NCBI GenBank assembly: GCA_051532035.1
Contig: JAOPTW010000015.1
Span: 64,001-128,000, forward strand
From: Fibrobacterales bacterium
GTDB lineage: Bacteria; Fibrobacterota; Fibrobacteria; Fibrobacterales; JAOPTW01
Direction of reading: 5' to 3'
Length of the DNA: 64,000 nt
A program made the position numbers and the translations under genes. Of the stretch, positions 47,081 through 56,708 are shown piece by piece. Each line of letters begins with the position of its first letter. Position 1 is the first letter of the stretch. The notes under the pieces were generated by a model. The model saw only the letters and a program-made list of their open reading frames with translations, was not told the DNA's origin and searched no databases.

Positions 47081-49915
47081 ATGAAACGTTTGTTGAACCG
47101 CTTTACACTCTGTATCATATTTTGTACTCTCACTTCTAGTTTTGGGCAACTTCTTCCCCTCCAGGGAGGCGCTACAGCCGAAAACAACCTTAAAGAGATT
47201 ACCGTTGAAAATAACGAATTCATTGATGAATCCCTCATTTTGAAAAGAATAAGTGTGGTAGCTGGGCAAAATTACCACCCAGTAGTCCTCAAAAATAAAA
47301 TTAAAGCCTCTGTTGAGTCGCTCTATGAGACAGGCCTCTTTGCCAATATTGATGTGGGAATTATCTATGGTGAATCTGGAGAGGTATCTTTTATTTTCAC
47401 AGTCGAAGAGCACCCCCAGCTCAAAAGCTACTCAATAACAGGCAATGAAGAAATCGCTGATGAAGAAATAGATGTACTAGTCACCCTCGTTGAAGGCCAA
47501 GTAATCAGCCCATCAGATATCGAACGCAATCGTCAGCGCATCATTAGCCGCTACAAAGAAGATGGTTTTTTACTTGCAGAAGTAGTCATAAACAAAAACA
47601 TTGACCCAGAAAGTGGAAAAGTGGAGCTCGTTCTTGACATTAACGAGGGCGACAAAGTTGTGGTACAAGAAATTATAATTCACGGGAACACCAATGTACA
47701 CAGTAGTGACATTATTGATAACCTCGAATCAGAAGTAGATCACTGGTGGGGTGAAGGCGAATATAAAGAAGAATCTTTCGAAGCTGATAGTGACTCAATT
47801 CTAGCAATCTATCGTTCTAAAGGATATTTAGATGCGGCGGTAACCCATAAAGAAATTGAATATATTAAAGACCCCAGTTTCCGGTTTTATTCAGGACAAG
47901 CTCTTAAAGAAGGGTATACTTCTGAGCAACTCATTACTGCAGTGACCAAAGCGCTTGCAAATGAATCTTCCGCGTTTTATGATGCTGTTCGCACATCACT
48001 TGTTCGATCAAATCATTACTACCGTCATGCACGCCGTAACATAGCCGAGAAAGATCAAGCTGTTCTTTTACCAAAACTTGATAGCGAAGAAAAGATTCTC
48101 ACACTGCTCAACAGAATACTTATGCTCAAAGAAGTTCGTCAGGACTTTATCCAACAAGCATCCCCCACAGTACATACTCCAGAAATTGATTCATTAACGA
48201 CTCTAAAAACATTGGATGACCTTCAAGAAAAACGACTCGCACGCCTTACTCTTGAAGCCCTCCTTCCTCTCATGCCCTATGATGAACTCAATACGAGCTC
48301 TAATCTGGGACTTCATTTTACTGTGAGCGAAGGTCGTCAATACTACTCTGGAACATACACATTTATCGGAAACAAAGTCTACTCAACAGAAGCACTCGAA
48401 TCGCAACTCACCCTCGACTCAGGTGACATTTTTGACAATTCTAAATATCAGATGCTCCTCTACAATCTCCAGTCTATGTACCGTGAAGAGGGGTACCTCT
48501 TTGTTCAAATTATTGATAAAAAAGAATATCGCGACTCAATTGTCGATATAAGTTTTGATATCACTGAAGGGCTCCCCGCCAGTATTCATAAAGTCCTTAT
48601 TAAGAACAATACTACAACAAAAGACAAAGTAGTTCGCCGTGAAGTTAAACTCTTCCCTGGTGACACCTACCGACAATCTCTGATGGAGCGATCTATTCGA
48701 GACATCATGCAGCTCAACTATTTTGACAATGTAATGCCCGACATAAAAATTCGTGAAAATCAAGAGGTAGACTTAGTATTTGATGCAATGGAACGTGAAG
48801 CGGGTACCGGACAATTCTCTGCTGGTGTTGCATACAGTCAAAAAGATAACTTTATGGGCACCCTCGGCCTCACCATACCAAACTGTTGTATTGGCGATGG
48901 CCAGCAAGCATCACTGAATGTTGAATTTGGTCAAGAGAAACAGAACTACACCATTGGATTTACAGAACCTTGGTTTCAAGACCGCCCCATCACTCTTGGT
49001 GGTACGCTCAATTACACCTGGTATAAAAGTGATTACTCTGTAGATAATGACATTCGTCGCTATGGAGGGCGTATGTTCCTTGGTACACGTCTCAAATGGC
49101 CTGATGATTACTTTTACATACAAGGTGACATCAGTTGGCAGATGAATCAACAAGGAACCAATGTTCCGGGAAGTGTACTTCTTAAATCAGGATCAGAATC
49201 AGCTGTTGGCCTTACCATTACTCGTGATGATAAAAACCTTCCTCGATTCCCTACTGAAGGATCCCGATACAGTGTGAGCGTTGAAAAAGTATTTCAGGTC
49301 CCAGGAGTTTTTAATGAATTCTCTTATAACGCTGAACCACTTAGACAGTTTAGTTACCTTAAAACAGATTTTACCGTCAAATGGTGGTTCCCTCTTGGTG
49401 GCGGCCTCGCACTCGGTCTTGACAATCAAGTGGGCTTAATATCAGGTGATGTATTACAATACCGTTCACGATACCAAATGGGTGGCATGCTCGGCTACCA
49501 AGGAAAACTAAGAGGCTACTCTCCTGGGTCAATCGGGAGTTCACGTCTCGGAAGAAGTTTCGTCTCAATGGTTTCTGAAATCACCTATCCTATTGCAGAG
49601 AACACATTCTATGCCCTCGCATTTTTTGACGCCGGTAATGTCTATGGTGAGCAATTATACACTCCAATCCCCGGTTCTTCAGATATAAGAGAACGACTCA
49701 TTACCAAAGAAGAAGTTAATAGAACGAATCCTCTTTCTGAATTTACTCCACAGTCTCTAAAAAAGGATTTCGGTTTTGGTTTTAGAATTGTGGTTCCAAT
49801 GCTTGGAATTATCGGTTTTGATTTTGGATGGCCACTCGATGATGGTGAAAGACCGCAAGGAGTGAGCACATCAAGAGCCATGCAAACAAACTTTGTTATT
49901 TCACAAGGATTTTAA
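47081..49915 (+). CDS. bamA: Outer membrane protein assembly factor BamA
   Basis: Five POTRA-like units (LYETGLF, YKEDGF, YRSKGY, YREEGY, TKDKVVRRE), LRGY loop, FFDAGNV, GFGFRI..PMLG.IGFDFG, terminal Phe; followed by skp and lpxD. Confidence 0.92.
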   Translation: MKRLLNRFTLCIIFCTLTSSFGQLLPLQGGATAENNLKEITVENNEFIDESLILKRISVVAGQNYHPVVLKNKIKASVESLYETGLFANIDVGIIYGESGEVSFIFTVEEHPQLKSYSITGNEEIADEEIDVLVTLVEGQVISPSDIERNRQRIISRYKEDGFLLAEVVINKNIDPESGKVELVLDINEGDKVVVQEIIIHGNTNVHSSDIIDNLESEVDHWWGEGEYKEESFEADSDSILAIYRSKGYLDAAVTHKEIEYIKDPSFRFYSGQALKEGYTSEQLITAVTKALANESSAFYDAVRTSLVRSNHYYRHARRNIAEKDQAVLLPKLDSEEKILTLLNRILMLKEVRQDFIQQASPTVHTPEIDSLTTLKTLDDLQEKRLARLTLEALLPLMPYDELNTSSNLGLHFTVSEGRQYYSGTYTFIGNKVYSTEALESQLTLDSGDIFDNSKYQMLLYNLQSMYREEGYLFVQIIDKKEYRDSIVDISFDITEGLPASIHKVLIKNNTTTKDKVVRREVKLFPGDTYRQSLMERSIRDIMQLNYFDNVMPDIKIRENQEVDLVFDAMEREAGTGQFSAGVAYSQKDNFMGTLGLTIPNCCIGDGQQASLNVEFGQEKQNYTIGFTEPWFQDRPITLGGTLNYTWYKSDYSVDNDIRRYGGRMFLGTRLKWPDDYFYIQGDISWQMNQQGTNVPGSVLLKSGSESAVGLTITRDDKNLPRFPTEGSRYSVSVEKVFQVPGVFNEFSYNAEPLRQFSYLKTDFTVKWWFPLGGGLALGLDNQVGLISGDVLQYRSRYQMGGMLGYQGKLRGYSPGSIGSSRLGRSFVSMVSEITYPIAENTFYALAFFDAGNVYGEQLYTPIPGSSDIRERLITKEEVNRTNPLSEFTPQSLKKDFGFGFRIVVPMLGIIGFDFGWPLDDGERPQGVSTSRAMQTNFVISQGF

Positions 49916-49930
49916 CAGACCGGAGGTACT

Positions 49931-50449
49931 ATGCAATTTAAAGCAGTTATTCTGATTCTCATAGCCCTAACATTCTCTGCATCATATGCAGAGGAGTTGC
50001 GCATTGCACACGTGGATTCAAAACTGATATTTCAGAAATACCGCGGCACCCAAAAGGCCCAAGCAGAGTATGACCGTCAGGTAGCTCGCTGGGAGCAGCA
50101 AGCCAACATATTACAACAAGAGCTCGCCAGTATTCGTGAACGCCTTGAGAAACAATCTCTGATACTCAGTGACGAGAAAAAACGAACCCTTGAATCTGAA
50201 CTTTCAAAGAAAGAGACTGACCTCAATGATTTTGTTGATAAAATTTATGGTCGTGAAGGGCAACTTGTCAGCGAAAACGAAAAAATATCAGAACCCATCA
50301 TTAAACAAATTAGAAAAACAATTAATGATGTAGCAATTGAAGAAGGATATGACATGGTACTTGACCGCGCCTCTGGAGCAGTCATTTTTTGGAAGAGTGA
50401 TCACGACCTCACCCAAAAAGTAACCGATATCCTTAACAACAACTTCTAA
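49931..50449 (+). CDS. skp: Periplasmic chaperone Skp/OmpH
   Basis: Signal peptide, IAHVD, long coiled coil, VA.EEGYDMVLD, DLT.KV. Confidence 0.9.
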   Translation: MQFKAVILILIALTFSASYAEELRIAHVDSKLIFQKYRGTQKAQAEYDRQVARWEQQANILQQELASIRERLEKQSLILSDEKKRTLESELSKKETDLNDFVDKIYGREGQLVSENEKISEPIIKQIRKTINDVAIEEGYDMVLDRASGAVIFWKSDHDLTQKVTDILNNNF

Positions 50450-50462
50450 TCATCGCCACACT

Positions 50463-51413
50463 ATGCAGGCGAACCTTTCTATAGAAGAAATTGTCTCAAT
50501 CACTGGAGCAAAGGTAGATGAACGTCATCACTCCTTTTGTTCCTCCATAGACTCACTTCAGTTCGCAACAGCACAATCTCTCAGTTTTTCCACTGCAGAA
50601 CCAGCAGGAACAACCTTTACCCAGTCAGAGGCGGGTGTCGTTCTCGTTCCTCTAAGTTACGAAAACCTTTCTCCCGAATTGAAAGGTACAAAGACGCTGC
50701 TCTATTGTAACTCTCCCTATGAAAGTATGATTACCCTCCTTAAAGAGATCACCGCTGAACCAATAGCTCAACCTGACATTCACCCTTCAGCAAAAATACA
50801 TGATACTGCCGTGGTGGATGGACGTGTAGAAGCAGGCGCTGTCATTGGCCCTCATTCAATTGTCATGGCTGGTTCAATAATTGAAGCTGACTCACACTTA
50901 GAAGCACGGGTCACGGTATATTCCGGTGTTACCATAAAAAAGCAGTGTACAATTCAAGCTGGCGCTGTAATAGGCTCTCGCGGATTTGGTTTTTATAAAA
51001 ACAATGGAAGAACATTACCAGTCCCCCATTTCGGAGGCGTTATCATTGGCGCACATGTAACTATTGGTGCCCAGACAGTTGTCGCAGCAGGCTTCATAGA
51101 GCCCACCTCTATTGGCGAGTACTCTCATATTGATAGCTTTGTGCAGATAGCACACAACTGTAGCCTCGGGGCTCATTGCACCATGGTGAGTCAGGCAGGC
51201 ATTGCAGGCTCAACACATCTTGGTGCTCACGTTACTATTGGTGGTGGCGCTCAAATTGCAGGCCATCTCACTATAGGGGAGAACGTCTCTATTGCCGCAA
51301 AGAGTGGTGTTACTCGTTCTATTCCTCATGGAATGACCGTCGCAGGGTTCCCCGCTACAGAGATATCACTGTGGCGAAAAAGTGTACTCGCACTAAGGAA
51401 TCTTGCACAGTGA
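50463..51413 (+). CDS. lpxD: UDP-3-O-acylglucosamine N-acyltransferase
   Basis: Hexapeptide repeats, IGSRGFGF, VQIAHN, GIAGS, GHL.IG, GFPA. Confidence 0.9.
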   Translation: MQANLSIEEIVSITGAKVDERHHSFCSSIDSLQFATAQSLSFSTAEPAGTTFTQSEAGVVLVPLSYENLSPELKGTKTLLYCNSPYESMITLLKEITAEPIAQPDIHPSAKIHDTAVVDGRVEAGAVIGPHSIVMAGSIIEADSHLEARVTVYSGVTIKKQCTIQAGAVIGSRGFGFYKNNGRTLPVPHFGGVIIGAHVTIGAQTVVAAGFIEPTSIGEYSHIDSFVQIAHNCSLGAHCTMVSQAGIAGSTHLGAHVTIGGGAQIAGHLTIGENVSIAAKSGVTRSIPHGMTVAGFPATEISLWRKSVLALRNLAQ

Positions 51414-52234
51414 GTCCCATAATACTACAAGGCATAGGAGTACATAGCGGTACCCCTACTTCACTTTCTATTAGCCACTCAAACAAAGAAGCCGGCCATA
51501 CCCTTATTCATAATGAAAGTGGCATACATTACTCCCTCAGCCATACAGCACCAACAATCGCTGATTGCGCCCGGGCAACATCACTTTCTATAGCTCCAGA
51601 CATAACCATTGGCACTATCGAACACCTTTCTGCAGCTCTCGCCTTTTTTTCGAACCATAATCTCGAGATAACACTCTTTGGAGATGAAGTCCCCATATTC
51701 GACGGCAGTGCTACTCCAATAATTGAAGCCCTCTCAAAACACTATACTCCCCTCTCGACTCTAGAACACTATAACGTTCCCCTCTCTTGGCAACACTCAT
51801 GGCAGGGGAGCACTACTGGTTCGATTTCTGTAGTACCCGCCACACACTTTTCCCTCTCCTACACCCTTGACTCAGCAGACTTCCAACAAACATATGTAGT
51901 AGACCACACTACCCCATTTATTCAAGATATTTTAAGCGCTCGAACCTACATCAATTATTCACTCCTGAGTGCTCAAAAAAGTGATACCTTACTCGCGGGA
52001 GCAATAGATGGCTCAGGCATAGCCTATGAAAAAAAAGGCGATGATATCATCATAGTCAGTGGGGCCCCACTTCGATTCCCCGATGAATTTGTGCGCCACA
52101 AAATCCTCGATTTTCTTGGGGACATATTCCTCATTACTCCAAAATTACCTACATTAGAGATCACGATAAACAATGGTGGGCACTGGCTCACCCATCAACT
52201 CATTAAAAGGATAGTTTCACTATGTCACTTTTAG
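51410..52234 (+). CDS. lpxC: UDP-3-O-acyl-GlcNAc deacetylase
   Basis: GIGVHSG, TIEHL, EVPIFDGSA, ARTY, RFPDEFVRHKILDFLGD, GGH. GTG 51410 overlaps the lpxD stop. Confidence 0.88.
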   Translation: MSPIILQGIGVHSGTPTSLSISHSNKEAGHTLIHNESGIHYSLSHTAPTIADCARATSLSIAPDITIGTIEHLSAALAFFSNHNLEITLFGDEVPIFDGSATPIIEALSKHYTPLSTLEHYNVPLSWQHSWQGSTTGSISVVPATHFSLSYTLDSADFQQTYVVDHTTPFIQDILSARTYINYSLLSAQKSDTLLAGAIDGSGIAYEKKGDDIIIVSGAPLRFPDEFVRHKILDFLGDIFLITPKLPTLEITINNGGHWLTHQLIKRIVSLCHF

Positions 52235-52695
52235 AAAGTCTTCCAAAGCCTGAAGCCGCCAACTGTATTATAGATTTTGCTGGTATCACTAAAGTATTAC
52301 CACACCGATTCCCTTTCCTCTTGGTAGATCGAGTTATTGAAATGGAATTAGAGAAGACTATCGTCGTTACTAAAAATGTCTCTTTTAATGAACCTTATTT
52401 TCAAGGTCACTTCCCTGAAGATCCAGTTATGCCGGGAGTACTTCAAACAGAAGCAATGGCACAAGCTGGTTGTATCCTTATAGCACTGAGCTATGAAGAA
52501 GAGACTAAAGGGAAACGCCCCGCATTTATGGGAGTTGACAGTGCACGTTTCAAACGCCCAGTTCGCCCAGGTGATGTCCTTACTATTACCGCAACTATGG
52601 AAAAATGGCGTCGTGGCATTGCAACATGGAGTGCTGTAATTACCGTCGATGGAAAAGTTGCCGCAAGTGCAACACTCATGGCAACCATGGTATAA
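52222..52695 (+). CDS. fabZ: 3-hydroxyacyl-ACP dehydratase
   Basis: LPHRFPFLLVDR, KNVSFNE..F.GHFP..PVMPGVL..EAMAQ, RFKRPV.PGD. Confidence 0.95.
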   Translation: MSLLESLPKPEAANCIIDFAGITKVLPHRFPFLLVDRVIEMELEKTIVVTKNVSFNEPYFQGHFPEDPVMPGVLQTEAMAQAGCILIALSYEEETKGKRPAFMGVDSARFKRPVRPGDVLTITATMEKWRRGIATWSAVITVDGKVAASATLMATMV

Positions 52696-52696
52696 T

Positions 52697-53473
52697 ATGA
52701 TTCACCCGACTGCAATTATCTCTCCCCTAGCACAATTAGGGCAAGGGGTATCAATCGGGCCCTACTCAATTATCGAAGATGGGGTGACTATTGGTGACAA
52801 CACCACCATTACATCCCATGTTCACATCTACTCAAACACTACTATTGGCAATGAGTGTGCAATATATGATGGTGCCATTATTGGCTCCAACCCTCAAGAC
52901 CTTAGTTATCTTAATGAGACAACCTTCTTAACTATCGGCAATAACACTATTATTAGAGAGTACTGTACTATAAATCGTGCAGCATACGAAGGTAAGACTA
53001 CCACCATTGGTAATAATGTTCTTCTTATGGCCTATAGCCATGTTGGCCATGACTCACTTATTGAAGACCATGTTGTTATAGCAAATGGTGTACAATTGGG
53101 TGGACATGTAGAACTCGGTTTTGGTGTTGTCGTTGGCGGTATGACTGCTATTCAGCAATTTTGCCGAGTAGGAAAGTTGTCTTTTATTGGCGGCACCCTC
53201 AAGGCAGATCGAGATGTACCTCCTTATTCAAAAGCACTGGGCAACCCACTTGCTTGGGCAGGACTAAACCATAAAGCTCTGGAGCGGCATGGTATAGATA
53301 CAGAGAGTAAAGAAGAGGTTAATAAGGCCTATAGAATTCTTTATAGAAGTGGTGATACTGTTGCAGTTGCCCTTGCAAAAATTGAAACCGAGCTTAACAC
53401 TACACTATTAGAAGGCTTTATCACTTACTTTTCAAAGCCTACTCGAGGGATCATTCGCCCAAAAGAGAGATGA
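52697..53473 (+). CDS. lpxA: UDP-GlcNAc O-acyltransferase
   Basis: MIHPTAII, PQDL.Y, IREY.TINR, MAYSHVGHD, LGGHV, GLN..LER. Confidence 0.93.
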   Translation: MIHPTAIISPLAQLGQGVSIGPYSIIEDGVTIGDNTTITSHVHIYSNTTIGNECAIYDGAIIGSNPQDLSYLNETTFLTIGNNTIIREYCTINRAAYEGKTTTIGNNVLLMAYSHVGHDSLIEDHVVIANGVQLGGHVELGFGVVVGGMTAIQQFCRVGKLSFIGGTLKADRDVPPYSKALGNPLAWAGLNHKALERHGIDTESKEEVNKAYRILYRSGDTVAVALAKIETELNTTLLEGFITYFSKPTRGIIRPKER

Positions 53474-53583
53474 ACTTAAAGAGCTCAGGGCCCCACGTGA
53501 TCCATATTTCTATGCACCAACACCATTTGTATCACAGACAACAATTTAATTCTAATGAATCTTAAGTAATGAAAATATCGCAG

Positions 53584-54000
53584 CTATACAGCTGCTGATG
53601 GCTCATTTTGCAAAGCCTGTTCAACCCCTTCAACAACATAATCTTTACATAAATTAAACCGTTCAAGTTGTTGGCGCATTACCATCTTCTTATGGATACG
53701 CATTTTCTCATCGAGATAATCACCTATTTGGTGCCCTTGAATAAAGCCTTCAATATGAGACTTACGTATTTCATTAAAAATATCATTGAGATATTTTTGC
53801 ATGGAATTGATATACTCTTCTTGATCAAGTGGGCGTTCCATGTGCATGATAAATTCAACAAGAAGTTCATCGAGAGATTTATTATTCGCATAGTTTGATG
53901 CGTCTATAAACAGCTTTAGTTCATCACGGTGCTCTTCAAAAAACGCGATAAACTCATCACCCAATTCTTTGAATGCAACAGTATAGCTGTGTTCGATCAT
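53584..54000 (-). CDS. Hypothetical helical protein
   Basis: 138-aa ORF with a strong AAGGAG RBS; no recognised motif. Confidence 0.6.
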   Translation of the reverse strand: MIEHSYTVAFKELGDEFIAFFEEHRDELKLFIDASNYANNKSLDELLVEFIMHMERPLDQEEYINSMQKYLNDIFNEIRKSHIEGFIQGHQIGDYLDEKMRIHKKMVMRQQLERFNLCKDYVVEGVEQALQNEPSAAV

Positions 54001-54337
54001 TTGTATCTCCTTTACTTACACAATTATCCAAAATAAAAATTACAAAAGCAATGATCTTCTTGAGTTTTACAATAAGTTTACATCACAAAGCTAAACAAGT
54101 AACAGCTTCTAGGCCCCTATCCACATACATCAACAAGGATACAAACAGACTACCAACACTTATAACACCATGAAATCATTCAGGTTATCAGAAACAAAAG
54201 CCATTCAGGTGCTTTCTTTTTTACAACTTTGATCAAATAAAGTCAACAGAATCAACAATTAATGTTTTTACAAATCTTTTTAAAAAGTTCCTGACAGTTA
54301 TAGGAGATTAATTACTTTTACCCTACTAATGATTATT

Positions 54338-54411
54338 GCCTCCTTAGTTCAACTGGATAGAATATCGGTCTTCGAAACCGAGGGTTGGCGGTTCGAGTCC
54401 GTCAGGGGGTA
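54338..54411 (+). tRNA. tRNA-Arg(UCG)
   Basis: Cloverleaf: acceptor GCCTCCT/AGGGGGT, D arm GTTC..GAAT, anticodon arm TCGGT-CTTCGAA-ACCGA, T loop TTCGAGT. CCA is not encoded. Confidence 0.92.
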
Positions 54412-54413
54412 TT

Positions 54414-54442
54414 AAAAGGACGAGAATACCTCGTCCTTTTTT
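54414..54442 (+). terminator. Intrinsic terminator after tRNA
   Basis: AAAAGGACGAG-AATAC-CTCGTCCTTTT followed by more T residues. Confidence 0.8.
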
Positions 54443-54498
54443 ATTTTCCCACAATTATTTTCTAGATTCGCCATGACATTATTCAACATGGAACATTC

Positions 54499-55044
54499 AT
54501 GGACTATTCAGTTTTTATCGCTACAAGTTTAGATGGATTTATTGCAACATCAGATGGCGGAATCGATTGGCTCATGAATGCCGGTGACCCTGGTGCTATG
54601 GGGACGTTTAGTTATGACTCATTTATTAAGAGTGTTGATGTCTTAGTAATGGGCAAGAATTCATTCGAAAAAGTACTCACTTTTCCTGACTGGCCCTATG
54701 GTTCCATGCCCGTCATTGTACTCAGCACTTCACTCACGCAGCTCCCTGATGTTGAAGGCGCAACGTTAGAACTTTTTTCAGGGTCACTCACTCAACTGAA
54801 TTCTCTATTAGAATCACGAAACTACCAAAGAGCCTACATCGATGGAGGCAAGACCATTCAATCGTTTTTAGGAGCTGGCCTCATTACTGATATCACAATC
54901 ACAACAATCCCTATTCTCTTAGGAGAGGGACTTTCTCTCTTTGGATCCATCCCTCATATGATACCTCTCGAACATAGAGAAACAGCATCTTTTAAATGTG
55001 GCTTTGTTGCATCTCGCTATAGCGTTATGCCAAAAAAGGTTTAA
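54499..55044 (+). CDS. Dihydrofolate reductase-family (RibD C-terminal) protein
   Basis: FIATSLDGFIA..DG.IDWL, MGKNSFE, YIDGG, IPILLGEG.LF. Confidence 0.88.
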   Translation: MDYSVFIATSLDGFIATSDGGIDWLMNAGDPGAMGTFSYDSFIKSVDVLVMGKNSFEKVLTFPDWPYGSMPVIVLSTSLTQLPDVEGATLELFSGSLTQLNSLLESRNYQRAYIDGGKTIQSFLGAGLITDITITTIPILLGEGLSLFGSIPHMIPLEHRETASFKCGFVASRYSVMPKKV

Positions 55045-55258
55045 TTTCTTCTGCTTTTTTGACTTGCCCCTGAAACTGAAGTGTCTCATCGACGACGAGT
55101 GCAGGGGTACTCATAACCCCATAGCCAGCAATAACACCAAAATCTGTTACTTTAGTGAGCGCTATCTCTATTCCAAGTTCTGCAGCTGCCTTTGCAGTCT
55201 CTTCTGCGAGAACTTCACAATTACGACACCCACCACCTAATACTTTTACCTGTTTCAT
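55025..55258 (-). CDS. Small redox-active disulfide protein (thioredoxin-like)
   Basis: VKVLGGGCRNC, YGVMSTPALVVD; typical partner of DUF318 permeases. Confidence 0.85.
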   Translation of the reverse strand: MKQVKVLGGGCRNCEVLAEETAKAAAELGIEIALTKVTDFGVIAGYGVMSTPALVVDETLQFQGQVKKAEEIKPFLA

Positions 55259-55272
55259 ATATTCCACCATGG

Positions 55273-56244
55273 TTAAAAAAAGATATTGATTATCCACCCT
55301 ATTACACTAAAGGCAATAAGGAAATAGATAAAGAGATAGACGAGGAGCCTCGGTTGGAGCACCTGTCTGAGTAATAAAAATTCTGGAAAACTCGCCCCTA
55401 CAGTAGACATCATCAGTGCAAGGGCTGTACCAACGGGGAGCCCCTTTGCAAGAAGTGATTCGACGACGGGTATCATACCCGAGGCGTTACTATAGAGCGG
55501 TATCCCTAGAAGCACTGCCGCAGGAACCGACCAGAAGGAACCCGATCCTAAATGGCTTGCAATCCATCCCTCTGGAATATACCCGTGCAAGAGCGCACCA
55601 ACACCAACACCGATAAAAACCCACTTCCATATTTTTTGCATAATCTCTTTGGTTTCAGTCACCGCAAACTGATGTCGTTCTTTTAGAGAAAGTGATACAC
55701 GTGAAGATGATGCAACTGCTTGTTGCTGGTTTTTGAGATTAGTTACGAGAGGTTGAAGGTATTTATCTGAGCCAATAGTATCAAAAAATATTCCTCCTAG
55801 AATACCTGCCATAAGGCCTGAAGCTCCGTAGACCAAAGCAAAATCCCACCCAAGTATTGAGGCAAGAAGCACCAGAGCAACTTCATTGAGAAGAGGTGAA
55901 GTAATAAGAAACGAAAGGGTGACACCTGTAGGTATACCCGCTGTAGTAAACCCCAAAAACATTGGAATACTCGAGCATGAACAGAAAGGGGTTACTGCAC
56001 CAAAAAGGGACCCCGCTCCATACCCAAACCACCGTGAACGACCTTGTAAATGATTACGCACCCACTCTAAATTAAGGGATGCACGAATAATTGCAATGAA
56101 ATAAATCATTACGACAAGAAGAACAAGGATTTTACTGGTATCTTCGATAAAGAAATGAACCGCATTTCCAAGTGCACTCTGTGGATCAAGAGCAATGAGT
56201 CTCCACACTATAGCGTCAGCGAGTTGGGTAAAAATATCAAACAT
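55273..56244 (-). CDS. DUF318/ArsP-family permease
   Basis: HFFIEDT.KI, PFCSCSSIP, SFLITSPL.NE, GA.LHGY.P, GIPLYSN, GTALA.MM. Confidence 0.88.
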   Translation of the reverse strand: MFDIFTQLADAIVWRLIALDPQSALGNAVHFFIEDTSKILVLLVVMIYFIAIIRASLNLEWVRNHLQGRSRWFGYGAGSLFGAVTPFCSCSSIPMFLGFTTAGIPTGVTLSFLITSPLLNEVALVLLASILGWDFALVYGASGLMAGILGGIFFDTIGSDKYLQPLVTNLKNQQQAVASSSRVSLSLKERHQFAVTETKEIMQKIWKWVFIGVGVGALLHGYIPEGWIASHLGSGSFWSVPAAVLLGIPLYSNASGMIPVVESLLAKGLPVGTALALMMSTVGASFPEFLLLRQVLQPRLLVYLFIYFLIAFSVIGWIINIFF

Positions 56245-56259
56245 ATGATTTACACCTCA

Positions 56260-56628
56260 TTATTTACAACAGCTATTTTCTCTCTGTGTTTTACAGAGCT
56301 CTTCGGGGTCGATATTCATGATAGTATTAAAATGAGTGAGGTCATGTTGTAGAGCACTATCAAATTTAATCTCTTGGGAGACCCACTTGAAGAGTGCAGC
56401 AAGTCTAACGTCCTCTTTAGAGACTGTATATAAGACCCAACGACCCTCTTTACGACTCTGAACAAAACCTGTCTGAATAAGTAACGAGACATGTTTTGAG
56501 ACCGTCGCGCCTGAAACCTGTAGAAATTCCTGTAACTGACAAGCACACACTTCCGATTTATGGAGTAGAGCGGCAATTATCTTAATGCGGTTTCGATCGG
56601 CCAAGGCCTTAAACGTCATTTCAATCAT
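56260..56628 (-). CDS. ArsR/SmtB-family transcriptional repressor
   Basis: FKALAD.NR, EVCACQL (alpha-3 Cys site), VSKH, RKEGRWV.Y, C-terminal CC. Confidence 0.9.
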   Translation of the reverse strand: MIEMTFKALADRNRIKIIAALLHKSEVCACQLQEFLQVSGATVSKHVSLLIQTGFVQSRKEGRWVLYTVSKEDVRLAALFKWVSQEIKFDSALQHDLTHFNTIMNIDPEELCKTQRENSCCK

Positions 56629-56634
56629 TATTTC

Positions 56635-56664
56635 ATACTTAGCTAAACGACTAAGTATAATGTA
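56635..56664 (-). promoter_or_regulatory. ArsR operator inverted repeat with adjacent -10 box
   Basis: ATACTTAG-N8-CTAAGTAT at 56635-56658, immediately downstream of minus-strand TACATT (56659-56664) and 6 bp before the arsR ATG. Confidence 0.75.
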
Positions 56665-56708
56665 GATTAATAACCTAGGATGTAAAGCCTTAAGCGACCA
56701 CTTACCTA

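Noticed and set aside
51176..51409. 78-aa N-terminal extension of lpxC in the ORF track
   Set aside because: It overlaps lpxD in another frame; LpxC similarity starts at GTG 51410.
54024..54125. Two DnaA-box-like 9-mers (TTATCCAAA, CTATCCACA) as an origin
   Set aside because: Only two imperfect matches, no dnaA/dnaN/gidA context, and no visible skew switch.
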